DNA from: Felis catus
Lineage: Eukaryota
Direction of reading: 5' to 3'
Assembly: GCF_018350175.1 (NCBI RefSeq)
Contig: NC_058368.1
Span: forward strand, 40,674,001 to 40,738,000
DNA length: 64,000 nt
Numbering within the stretch: position 1 is the stretch's first letter; each line of letters opens with the position of its first letter. A program made the position numbers and the translations under genes. The notes beneath the pieces are model-generated. The model saw nothing but the letters and a program-made list of their open reading frames with translations. It was not told the origin of the DNA and ran no database searches. This document shows positions 24,570 through 36,900 of the stretch, one piece after another.

Positions 24570-25694
24570 CAAGATGGCGGCTTAGGAGGACGCTGGGCTC
24601 ACCGCACGTCCTACTGATCACTTAGATTCCACCTACACCTGCCTAAATAACCCAGAAAACCGCCAGAGGATTAGCAGAACGGAGTCGCTGGAGTCGCTGT
24701 GATTTTACAGTGGGACTACCAGCCTGGGCGATTGCTGTATTGCTTTTAGAAGGTTCAATGCCTGGTGACGCCTCTGGAAGGTACTTAATACTCATTTTGA
24801 TCTGTTTCCTTCGTTTCCTTTTTGTTCTTTTAACAGATCGATCTATCCCTGTGGGTGGTGTCTAGGAAGTCAAGACACCTTGGTTTTTGTGTTAGGTTGA
24901 GCTGGGCAGATGAGAGGCCCATGGAAGAGGGTAGGAAGGGCGGCGAGGCGGTGCGCGCTCCACAGACTGGCGGGAGGGAGCCGGGGCGGAGGGGCAGCTC
25001 GCCGGCCAAGCAGAGCCCCCGAGTCTGGCTTGCAAAAGCGGAAGGGCCTGACGGACTGTGTTCCCACAATAAGCGCGACTTAGCGTCTGGGAGGTCATAA
25101 GTTAACAGCTCTGCTCGGAAAGCGGGAAGGCTGGAGGACAAAGGGAGGGAGAGCTGCTGAGCCCCCTGACAACAGAGCTCAGTTTGGTGGGGAACAAAGG
25201 CGCTCGCCAGCGCCATCTCCCCCGCCCATCCCCCAGCCAAAATCCCAAAGAGAACCAGTTCCCGCCAGGGAACTTGCTCGCTCCGCGCAAACACCCAACT
25301 CTGTGCTTCTGCGGAGCCAAACCTCCGGCAGCGGATCTGACTCCCTCCCGCTGCCACAGGGCCCCTCCTGAAGAGGATCACCTAAGGAGAAGCGATCTAA
25401 GCCTGCCCCTCCTGCCCCCGTGCACCTTGCCTACACACCCCAGCTAATACGCCAGATCCCCAGCATCACAAGCCTGGCAGTGTGCAAGTAGCCCAGACGG
25501 GCCACACCACCCCACAGTGAATCCCGCCCCTAGGAGAGGGGAAGAGAAGGCACACACCAGTCTGACTGTGGCCCCAGCGGTGGGCTGGGGGCAGACATCA
25601 GGTCTGACTGCGGCCCCGCCCACCAACTCCAGTTATACACCACAGCACAGGGGAAGGGCCCTGCAGGTCCTCACCACGCCAGGGACTATCCAAA
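24570..25694 (+). promoter_or_regulatory. L1 5'UTR internal Pol II promoter (CpG-rich), with YY1-like CAAGATGGCG at its start
   Basis: GC/CpG-rich island in an AT-rich context directly upstream of ORF1; AAGATGGCG motif at 24571. Confidence 0.8.
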
Positions 25695-26588
25695 ATGACC
25701 AAGCGGAAGAATTCCCCTCAGAAGAATCTCCAGGAAATAACAACAGCTAATGAGCTGATCAAAAAGGATTTAAATAATATAACAGAAAGTGAATTTAGAA
25801 TAATAGTCATAAAATTAATCGCTGGGCTTGAAAACAGTATACAGGACAGCAGAGAATCTCTTGCTACAGAGATCAAGGGACTAAGGAACAGTCACGAGGA
25901 GCTGAAAAACGCTTTAAATGAAATGCATAACAAAATGGAAACCACCACACCTCGGCTTGAAGAGGCAGAGGAGAGAATAGGTGAACTAGAAGATAAAGTT
26001 ATGGAAAAAGAGGAAGCTGAGAAAAAGAGAGATAAAAAAATCCAGGAGTATGAGGGGAAAATTAGAGAACTAAGTGATACACTAAAAAGAAATAATATAC
26101 GCATAATTGGTATCCCAGAGGAGGAAGAGAGAGGGAAAGGTGCTGAAGGGGTACTTGAAGAAATAATAGCTGAGAACTTCCCTGAACTGGGGAAGGAAAA
26201 AGGCATTGAAATCCAAGAGGCACAGAGAACTCCCTTCAGACGTAACTTGAATCGATCTTCTGCAAGACATATCATAGTGAAACTGGCAAAATACAAGGAT
26301 AAAGAGAAAATTGTGAAAGCAGCAAGGGGTAAACGTGCCCTTACATATAAAGGGAGACCTATAAGACTCGTGACTGATCTCTCTTTTGAAATTTGGCAGG
26401 CCAGAAAGAATTGGCACGAGATTTTCAGGGTGCTAGACAGAAAAAATATGCAGCCAAGAATCCTTTATCCAGCAAATCTGTCATTTAGAATAGAAGGAGA
26501 GATAAAGGTCTTCCCAAACAAACAAAAACTGAAGGAATTTGTCACCACTAAACCAGCCCTACAAGAGATCCTAAGGGGGACCCTGTGA
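25695..26588 (+). CDS. L1 ORF1p (coiled coil, RRM, CTD RNA-binding chaperone), 297 aa, intact
   Basis: Motifs [45 protein letters not shown]. Confidence 0.95.
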   Translation: MTKRKNSPQKNLQEITTANELIKKDLNNITESEFRIIVIKLIAGLENSIQDSRESLATEIKGLRNSHEELKNALNEMHNKMETTTPRLEEAEERIGELEDKVMEKEEAEKKRDKKIQEYEGKIRELSDTLKRNNIRIIGIPEEEERGKGAEGVLEEIIAENFPELGKEKGIEIQEAQRTPFRRNLNRSSARHIIVKLAKYKDKEKIVKAARGKRALTYKGRPIRLVTDLSFEIWQARKNWHEIFRVLDRKNMQPRILYPANLSFRIEGEIKVFPNKQKLKEFVTTKPALQEILRGTL

Positions 26589-26638
26589 GACAAAGTCCCA
26601 GAGACATCACTACAAGCATAAAACATACAGACATCACA

Positions 26639-29600
26639 ATGACTCTCAACCCGTATCTTTCTATAATAACACTGAATGTAAATGGATTAAATGCGCCAAC
26701 CAAAAGACATAGGGTATCAGAATGGATAAAAAAACAAGACCCATCTATTTGCTGTCTACAAGAGACTCATTTTAGACCTGAGGACACCTTTAGATTGAGA
26801 GTGAGGGGATGGAGAACTAGTTATCATGCGACTGGAAGCCAAAAGAAAGCTGGAGTAGCCATACTTATATCAGACAAACTAGACTTTAAATTAAAGGCTG
26901 TAACAAGAGATGAAGAAGGACATTATATAATAGTTACAGGGTCTATCCATCAGGAAGAGCTAACAATTATAAATGTCTATGCGCCGAATACCGGAGCCCC
27001 CAAATATATAAAACAATTACTCATAAACATAAGCAACCTTATCGATAAGAATGTGGTAATTGCAGGGGACTTTAACACCCCACTTACAGAAATGGATAGA
27101 TCATCTAGACACGCGGTCAATAAAGACACAAGGGCCCTGAATGAGACATTGGATCAGATGGACTTGACAGATATATTTAGAACTCTGCATCCCAAAGCAA
27201 CAGAATATACTTTCTTCTCGAGTGCACATGGAACATTCTCCAAGATAGATCATATACTGGGTCACAAAACAGCCCTTCATAAGTTTACAAGAATTGAAAT
27301 TATACCATGCATACTTTCAGACCACAATGCTATGAAGCTTGAAATCAACCACAGAAAAAAGTCTGGAAAACCTCCAAAGGCATGGAGGTTAAAGAATACC
27401 CTACTAACGAATGAGTGGGTCAACCAGGCAATTAGAGAAGAAATTAAAAAATATATGGAAACAAACGAAAATGAAAATACAACAATCCAAACGCTTTGGG
27501 ACGCAGCGAAGGCAGTCCTGAGAGGAAAATACATTGCAATCCAGGCCTATCTCAAGAAACAAGAAAAATCCCAAATACAAAATCTAACAGCACACCTAAA
27601 GGAACTAGAAGCAGAACAGCAAAGGCAGCCTAAACCCAGCAGAAGAAGAGAAATAATAAAGATCAGAGCAGAAATAAACAATATAGAATCTAAAAAAACT
27701 GTAGAGCAGATCAACGAAACCAAGAGTTGGTTTTTTGAAAAAATAAACAAAATTGACAAACCTCTAGCCAGGCTTCTCAAAAAGAAAAGGGAGATGACCC
27801 AAATAGATAAAATCATGAATGAAAATGGAATTATTACAACCAATCCCTCAGAGATACAAACAATTATCAGGGAATACTATGAAAAATTATATGCCAACAA
27901 ATTGGACAACCTGGAAGAAATGGACAAATTCCTGAACACCCACACTCTTCCAAAACTCAATCAGGAGGAAATAGAAAGCTTGAACAGACCCATAACCAGC
28001 GAAGAAATTGAATCGGTTATCCAAAATCTCCCAACAAATAAGAGTCCAGGACCAGATGGCTTCCCAGGGGAGTTCTACCAGACGTTTAAAGCAGAGATAA
28101 TACCTATCCTTCTCAAGCTATTGCAAGAAATAGAAAGGGAAAGAAAACTTCCAGACTCATTCTATGAAGCCAGTATTACTTTGATTCCTAAACCAGACAG
28201 AGACCCAGTCAAAAAAGAGAACTACAGGCCAATATCCCTGATGAATATGGATGCAAAAATTCTCAATAAGATACTAGCAAATCGAATTCAACGGCATATA
28301 AAAAGAATTATTCACCATGATCAAGTGGGATTCATTCCTGGGATGCAGGGCTGGTTCAACATTCGCAAATCAATCAACGTGATACATCACATTAACAAAA
28401 AAAAAGAGAAGAACCATATGATCCTGTCAATCGATGCAGAAAAGGCCTTTGACAAAATCCAGCACCCTTTCTTAATAAAAACCCTTGAGAAAGTCGGGAT
28501 AGAAGGAACATACTTAAAGATCATAAAAGCCATTTATGAAAAGCCCACAGCTAACATCATCCTCAACGGGGAAAAACTGAGAGCTTTTTCCCTGAGATCA
28601 GGAACACGACAAGGATGCCCACTCTCACCGCTGCTGTTTAACATAATGCTGGAAGTTCTAGCATCAGCAATCAGACAAAAGGAAATCAAAGGCATCAAAA
28701 TTGGCAAAGATGAAGTCAAGCTTTCACTTTTTGCAGATGACGTGATATTATACATGGAAAATCCGATAGACTCCACCAAAAGTCTGCTAGAACTGATACA
28801 GGTATTCGGCAAAGTTGCAGGATACAAAATCAATGTACAGAAATCAGTTGCATTCTTATACACTAACAATGAAGCAACAGAAAGACAAAGAAACTGATCC
28901 CATTCACAATTGCACCAAGAAGCATAAAATACCTAGGAATAAATCTAACCAAAGATGTAAAGGATCTGTATGCTGAAAACTATAGAAAGCTTATGAAGGA
29001 AATTGAAGAAGATTTAAAGAAATGGAAAGACATTCCCTGCTCATGGATTGGAAAAATAAATATTGTCAAAATGTCAATACTACCCAAAGCTATCTACACA
29101 TTCAATGCAATCCCAATCAAAATTGCACCAGCATTCTTCTTGAAACTAGAACAAGCAATCCTAAAATTCATATGGAACCACAAAAGGCCCCGAATAGCCA
29201 AAGGAATTTTGAAGAAGAAGACCAAAGCAGGAGGCATCACAATCCCAGACTTTAGCCTCTACTACAAAGCTGTCATCATCAAGACAGCATGGTATTGGCA
29301 CAAAAACAGACACATAGACCAATGGAATAGAATAGAAACCCCAGAACTAGACCCACAAACGTATGGCCAACTCATCTTTGACAAAGCAGGAAAGAACATC
29401 CAATGGAAAAAAGACAGCCTCTTTAACAAATGGTGCTGGGAGAACTGGACAGCAACATGCAGAAGGTTGAAACTAGACCACTTTCTCACACCATTCACAA
29501 AAATAAACTCCAAATGGATAAAGGACCTAAACGTGAGACAGGAAACCATCAAAACCTTAGAGGAGAAAGCAGGAAAAGACCTCTCTGACCTCAGCCGTAG

Positions 29601-30455
29601 CAATCTCTTACTCGACACATCCCCAAAGGCAAGGGAATTAAAAGCAAAAATGAATTACTGGGACCTTATGAAGATAAAAAGCTTCTGCACAGCAAAGGAA
29701 ACAACCAACAAAACTAAAAGACAACCAACGGAATGGGAAAAGATATTCGCAAATGACATATCGGACAAAGGGCTAGTATCCAAAATCTATAAAGAGCTCA
29801 CCAAACTCCACACCCGAAAAACAAATAACCCAGTGAAGAAATGGGCAGAAAACATGAATAGACACTTCTCTAAAGAAGACATCCGGATGGCCAACAGGCA
29901 CATGAAAAGATGTTCAGCGTCGCTCCTTATCAGGGAAATACAAACCAAAACCACACTCAGGTATCACCTCACGCCAGTCAGAGTGGCCAAAATGAACAAA
30001 GCAGGAGACTCTAGATGCTGGAGACGATGTGGAGAAACGGGAACCCTCTTGCACTGTTGGTGGGAATGCAAATTGGTGCAGCCGCTCTGGAAAGCAGTGT
30101 GGAGGTTCCTCAGAAAATTAAAAATAGACCTACCCTATGACCCAGCAATAGCACTGCTAGGGATTTATCCAAGGGATACAGGAGTACTGATGCATAAGGC
30201 CACTTGTACCCCAATGTTCATAGCAGCACTCTCAACAATAGCCAAATTATGGAAAGAGCCTAAATGTCCATCAACTGATGAATGGATAAAGAAATTGTGG
30301 TTTATATACACAATGGAATATTACGTGGCAATGAGAAAAAATGAAATATGGCCTTTGTAGCAACGTGGATAGAACTGGAGAGTGTGATGCTAAGTGAAAT
30401 AAGCCATACAGAGAAAGACAGATACCATATGGTTTCACTCTTATGTGGATCCTGA
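26639..30455 (+). pseudogene. L1 ORF2p (APE endonuclease, reverse transcriptase, CCHC), disrupted by frameshifts at ~28888 and ~30353
   Basis: NVNG, QETH, GDFN, IDH, SDH endonuclease motifs; YRPISL, QGCPLSP, FADD RT motifs; [18 protein letters not shown]. Frame 1 stops at 28897 and resumes in another frame (KLIPFTIAP...MKEIEED); second shift at WP(L*), with the true C-terminus ...SLLCGS* at 30455. Confidence 0.95.
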
Positions 30456-31699
30456 GAAACTTAACAGGAACCCATGGAGGAGGGGAAGGAAAAAAAAAGA
30501 GGTTAGAGGGGAAGAGAGCCAAAGCATAAGAGACTGTTAGAAACTGAGAACAAACTGAGGGTTGATGGGGGGTGGGAGGGAGGGGAGGGTGGGTGATGGT
30601 ATTGAGGAGGGCACCTTTTGGGATGAGCACTGGGTGTTGTATGGAAACCAATTTGTCAATAAATTTCATATATAAAAAAATAATAAAAAAAGAATCAAGA
30701 TTAAGCAAAAATTGTACAATTGATCATGAGTTTAAACATGCAGATTTTACTGTGAATTTAAATCACTTGAAGGAAGAGATTCCCGTTTAAAAGATTAAGG
30801 TCTACAGTAGGTGCTGAATCAGGATCATGCTTTCTTGCTGATTGATGGGTCATGTACGTTAATGGCTGGTTAGAATAATTATCACACTGTAATTTACGTG
30901 CCAGACTGGGACATGCTGTAGGTCTCATTTACTATTTTGTCATAACTACTTTTCCTCACTTACAAGGTTAAAACAAACCAGACTATTCTCACAAGTTCGT
31001 ATGTGTTTCAAGGCTTTTAAATAAGATTATTAATTTATGTGGGTATTTGTAAATGATGCAAATTCTAGTGGGCAAACAATAATGATAACAATATTGATTC
31101 TATTAATTAATTGATTAATTCTAATTAATTCTATTAATACAAATAATCAACCTTTCTGTCCCATAATTTCTTTGAAATATGTAAAGGATCATGTGCCTGA
31201 AGATAGGGATGCTATTCAAATATTTTATGTGGTAGATACCAGTCAGAAAATGTGACTCTGCTGTTATCATAGATGTTTGCCTTGAACAACCTACATGGTT
31301 TTTCAATAATATGCCCCTGCTCTCTTATTAAATAACAAACAGATTTCTTATTGAGTCATATTAATAGCTCTCTTGTTGAATAACAAACAAGTAATATCTC
31401 AATTATATTAAACTTAATCCATGGTCAAGTGTAAGAACAGATCTAAAACAGATTTAATAGGGCCAACATGAAGTATAAAAGAGAAAAGTGCCTTGTAAGC
31501 TACTGATCTTATGTCTCTCTCTCTCGCTCTCTTTTTTTTTTTTTTGTCTAGTCCCTTCTCTTTTCCATTGCTTACATTTCCTCATTTCGTCTTATCCAGT
31601 TCTTATTCTGTTTTAGGACAAGCATTATATAGTCACTTTCTATTACCTTATTATGCCCCATTTTTATTTTACTTTTGTCTCTTATATTTTCTAAACACT

Positions 31700-32198
31700 T
31701 TTATTTTTATTTACTTATTTTTTAATTGAAGTATAGTTGACACACAATATTACATTCACTTCAGGTGCACAGCATAGTGATTTGACAACTCTGTATACAT
31801 TATGCTATGCTCACAAGTGTAGCTACTATCTGTCACCATCCAAGGCTATTACAGTATCATTGACTATATTCCCTATGTTGTCCCTTTTATACCCATGTTT
31901 TATTCATTTTATAATGGAAACCTGTATCTCCCACTCCCCTTCACCCATTTTGCCTGCCCCTCACCACCTTCCCCTCTGGCAATCATTAGTTTGTTCTCTG
32001 TATTTATGGATATGTGTCTGCTTTTTGTTTGCTTGTTTATTCTTTGTTTTAGATTCCACATATAAGTGAAATCATATGGTATTTACTTTCTCTGACTTAT
32101 TTCACCTAGCATAATACCCTCTAGGTTCATTTAGTTGTTGCAAATGGCAAGATCTTAGTCTTTATTTTTTATTATTTTTTTAATGGCTAAGTAACAAT

Positions 32199-32231
<33 letters not shown>

Positions 32232-32275
32232 CACATCTTCTTTATTTATGTATGGATGGACACTTGGGTTGCCTT
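31700..32275 (-). mobile_element. L1 (L1MA9/L1_Carn-like) 3' end
   Basis: 'aattgaagtatagttgacacacaatattacatt...gattccacatataagtgaaatcatatggtattt'. Confidence 0.85.
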
Positions 32276-32689
32276 TTGTCCTCATGTAGGCACCTCCCCC
32301 AACATATAACAAGACCCATATATATGATGCCCTCCAGTCAGTAAAATTTGATGTTCACAATATTATACTTCCTTCTATTTTATCTCAATGCTATCAGTTA
32401 GTGTTTAGTCATTTGTATACATAAGAAAAAAACAAGGTAACATTTATAAACTACAAAAAAAGTGACATTTTTATATAATATTTTACAGGTTCTTTCTAAA
32501 AATATAATTAAAATCTTTTCCCCCTAATTCTGAAATTCTTTCTATGTTAACAAATAGTTTTATTATACTTTTATTAGGAAGGTTTCAAATTGAGTCAATA
32601 TCTTCTTACAAAGTGTCATTTTAGAAAGCTCTTCATAGAATTCAGATGCTTTTGCTTTGCATTCTCTTACATTGATTTTGAAAATTTAT

Positions 32690-32715
32690 TTTTTAAAATA
32701 TTTAAGTTTATTTAT

Positions 32716-32764
<49 letters not shown>

Positions 32765-32949
32765 GAGAGCGAGCATGAGCGGGGAAGTGGGCAATTAGAG
32801 GGGAAGAGGGAGAATCCCAAGTAGAATGCATGTGGTTCAGTGAGCAGAGCCTGACATGGGGCTTGAACTCATAAACCAAACGGTGAGATCATGACCTGAG
32901 GCAAATTCAAGAGCCAGACACTCAACCAACTGAGCCACCCAGGTGCCCT
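32690..32949 (-). mobile_element. CAN-SINE with expanded (AG)n
   Basis: Ends tgagccacccaggtgccc; TSD tgaaaattta. Confidence 0.93.
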
Positions 32950-33904
32950 GAAAATTTATATTTTGAAAATTGCAGTGTGGAATTAAATTTGTCCACCTCT
33001 TATTTTATTGGAGAGGAATTATCTAATAGTTTCATGAGAAAAAAACATACACATACATATATTTTTAATGTACAGGCACACATCTTTTTACACACATTCA
33101 CAACACACAGTTATGTGTGTGTATATATATATATGTAAATTCATATATGATAAATATTATATATAAATAAAGTAAAATGTAAATTATATACATGAATATA
33201 CATATATATTAACCTTTGGTATTCACTATCTCACTTGGCCACGTATGTCAGTATATTTTTTTTTTCCTGTAAAGTTTACTCTGATATAGCTAGATGGGAG
33301 GAAAAGTATATAAGATGAAGCTACCACAGACAATTTTGAACACATATGGAAATGTAACTGTTTTCTACAACTGTTAGATAAAAATCTGAAGTTGGAAATA
33401 AAATTGTTTTAATGATCAACTTTCAATGAGATTTGTATATTTCCTGTTTATTTCTACAGAAAGAGTAAATCCTAAGCTTTTTTGACCTGGTTTGGGTCAT
33501 CATGAATATAAGGGAAGCAAAACTCAGCTCAGATCAACATGGCACAGATTATACTTTAGAGCGAAAGAATGGGCTTCACCTCAAAGCAATTGAAGCAATG
33601 GGCTTCACCTCTTGGGGGTGAAGAATGGGCTTCACCCCAAAGAATGGGCTTCACCCTCAATACTGCATATCTATTCTTGTCAATCAAGTGTTAGATATCT
33701 TTTCCTAAATTTTTTATTGGCATATACTTTTAAAAGAATAAAATGCATAGATTGCATACATTAATTATGTTTTTTGGGTTTTAACAATTGTATACACCTG
33801 TGTAACCACAACCCCAATCAAAATACAAGACATTTCTATTATCTCAAAGAGATCCATTTGCCTCTTTACATTTAATTTTCCCAAGAAAGCAGTCACTTTA
33901 AAAA

Positions 33905-36900
33905 TTAATAAACTTTATTGTTCAAAGCAGTTTTAGGTTACAGCAAAATTGAGGGGAAAGTATAGAGATTTACCATATATCCCATTGCCCCCCACATTCT
34001 TATAGCCTTTCCTACTGTCAGCATCCCATGCCAGAGTGACTGGTACATTTGTTACAATTAATATCAACACATCATCATCACCCAAAGTTCAGAGTTCACA
34101 GTAGGGTTCACTCTTGGTTTAGTTTTGTACATTCTATGGGTTTTGAAAGTTGTGTAAGGACTTGTATATATCATTATGGTATCATACAAAATAGTTTCAC
34201 TGCCCTAAAAATCCTCTGTGCTCTGCATATTTATCCTTCCCTATACTCAAACTTCTGACAACCACTGATTTTTTACTGTCTCCATAGTTTTTTTTTTCGT
34301 TTTCCAGAATCTCATATAGTTGGGATCACACAGTATATAGACTTTTCATATTGGCGTCTTTCACTTACTAATATGCATTTATGTTCTCTCTATATTTTCA
34401 TGGCTTGATAGCTCATTTCTTTTTAGCACTGGATAACATTCCATTGTCTGAATGTGTTACAGTCTAATTATCCATTCACCTACTGAAGGGCATCTTAGTT
34501 ACTTCCAAGGTTTTGTAATTATGAACAAGCTGCTATAAACATCTGTCCAGGTTTTTATGTGGACATAAGTTTTCCACTTCTTTGGGTAAATATCAAGGAG
34601 TGGGATTGCTGAGTCATATTGTAAGAGTGTGTTTAATTTTATAAGAACCTGATAAATTGTCTTCCAAAGTGGTTGTACAAAAGCATTCCCACTAGTAATG
34701 GATTAGAGTTTCTGTTCCACATTTTTGCCGTGGTTTGGTGTTAGTGTTTTGGGTTTGAGCCATTCTAACAGATGTGGTATCTATTACTAATATTTTATTG
34801 TTGTTTTAATTTGCAGCTCTCTAATGGTATATGATAATGACCATCGTTTCATATACTTACTTGCCATCTGTAGATATTCTTTGGTGAGGTGTCTGTTAAG
34901 GTCTTTGGTTCATTTTCTACTCAGGTTGTTTGTTCATTTGTTACTCAGTTTTAAGTGTTCTTTGTATATTTTCTATAGCAATCCTTTATCCAATGTGTCT
35001 TTTACAAATATGTTCTCCAAATCTGTGACTTGTCTTCTCATTCTCTTGACATTTTCTTTAACAGAGCAATTTCTTAATTTTAATTGAAGTCTGCCTTATC
35101 AATTATTTCTTTCATTAGTTGTATCTTTGGTGTTATATCGAAACAGTCATTGTCATACCCAAAGTCAAATAGATTTTCCCCTATGGTATCTTCTATGAAT
35201 TTTATAGTTTTTCATTTTACATTTAGGTGTATGACACTTTTTGAATTTTTGTGAAGGGCCTAATGTCTGTGTTTATCCTCTTTTTTTTTTTTTTTTTTGC
35301 ATGTCTGTGGCCTGTTATTTTTGAATCAGTTGTTGAAAAGACTATTGGGTCCATTATATTGCCTTCGCTGCTTTGTCAAAGATCAGTTGAGTATATTTAT
35401 GTGGTTTTATTACTAGGCTCTCTATTGCATTCTACTAATGTATTCTTTCACCAATATAAAAGTCTTGATTATTGTAGATTTGTAGTAAGTCTTCAAGTCA
35501 AGGAGTGTCATTTCTCCAACTTCAGTATTCTCTTTCAATATTTAGTAAGTTATTTTGTGTCTTCTGCCTTTCAATATAAATCTTGATACCCACAAAATAA
35601 TTGATACCCACAAAATAATAGTTGGGTAGTTGATACCCACAAAATATTTTTTTAGGGATTTGTATTGAGATTGCATTTAATTTGTAAATTAATTGGGGGG
35701 TACCTAGGTGGCTTAGTCAGTTAAGAGTCTGACTTCAACTCAGGTTGTAAGCTCACGGTTTGTGGGTTCAAGCCCTGTGGTGGGCTCTATGCTGACAGCT
35801 TAGAGCCTGGAGCCTGCTTCAGATTCAGTGTCTCCTTTCTGTGCCTGTTCCCTGTTTGCACTGTGTCTCTCTCTCAAAAATAAATAATTGTTAAAATTTT
35901 TTTAACAAATTGTAAATTAATTGGAAAAAACCTAACCTCTTGAAAGCATTTAGTCCTTCTATATAAGAACATCAATTATCTCTCCATTTATTATAGTTTT
36001 TTTGACTTCTCTCATCAGAGATTTGTAATTTTCCTCATATAGATATTGTACATATTTTGTTAGATTTATACTTAAGTATTTCATTTTGAGAGGTGCTAAT
36101 ATAAATAGTATTGTATTTTTAATTTCAAATTCCACTTACTCATTGCTGGTGTATAGGAAAGTGATTGACTGGATCTTACATACAGCAGCTTTGCTATAGT
36201 TGCTTATTAGTTCCAAATTAAAATTGGTCATTTATTTTTTTGAGATTTCCTACACTGACAATCTGTCATCTGTGGACAAAGGTTTATTTCTTCCTTCTCA
36301 ATCAATACAATTGTGTGCCCTTTTCTTTACTTATTGCATTAGCTAGGACTTCCAGCGCAACGTAAAAAGAACTGGTAGGAGAGGACATCCTAATCTTAGT
36401 GTCAAACCATCCAATTTCTTACCATTAAGGATGATGTTGGTTGTAGATTTTTTTGTACATGTTCTTTACCAAGTTGTGCAAGTTTCCCCCTATTCCTTGT
36501 TTGCTGACTTTTTTGTTTTGTTTTGTTTTGTTTTTGTTGTGAATGGTTGTTGAATTTTGTTAAATGTTTTTTTTCTGCAGCTATTTATATCATCAAATGA
36601 TTTGTCATCCTTAGCCTATTGATGTAATGGAAAACATTAGATTTTTTGTTTTGAACAAGGTTTATACCTGGGTAAATCTCACTTGATCATGGAATATAAT
36701 TCTTTTTATATATTGTTGGATTTGATATGCCTGTATTTTGAGGAGTTTGCATCTATGTTTGTGAGAGATAATGGTCTGTAGTTTTCTTGTAGTGTTGTTT
36801 TGTTTTGTTTTCTGGTTTTTGTGTTGGAGTAATGCTGACATCATAGAATGAGTTAAAAAGTAGTCCCCTTGCTTCTATCATCTGGATAAGATTGTAGAGA

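Larger units (their letters stand above)
24558..30688 (+). mobile_element. Full-length young felid-type LINE-1
   Basis: TSD AAAGAATCAAGATT (24544-57, 30689-702) at a TTT/AAAG endonuclease site; CpG-rich 5'UTR beginning caagatggcgg; ORF1; ORF2; G-rich 3'UTR; AATAAA ~30658; A-rich tail. Confidence 0.98.

Noticed and set aside
24830..25381. 183-aa antisense ORF in the L1 5'UTR (possible ORF0 analogue)
   Set aside because: It starts at GTG, lies in GC-rich stop-poor sequence and runs across the insert junction; no recognisable domain.
26585..26638. N-terminal extension of ORF2 in the ORF track
   Set aside because: GTG-start artefact; the canonical ORF2 start is ATG 26639 ([16 protein letters not shown]).
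30558..30600. G-quadruplex-forming tract
   Set aside because: Ordinary, known feature of L1 3'UTRs.
33565..33660. CRISPR-like repeat-spacer appearance
   Set aside because: Repeats are only 13 bp, spacers are 6-16 bp and derived from the repeat itself, the context is mammalian and there are no cas genes.
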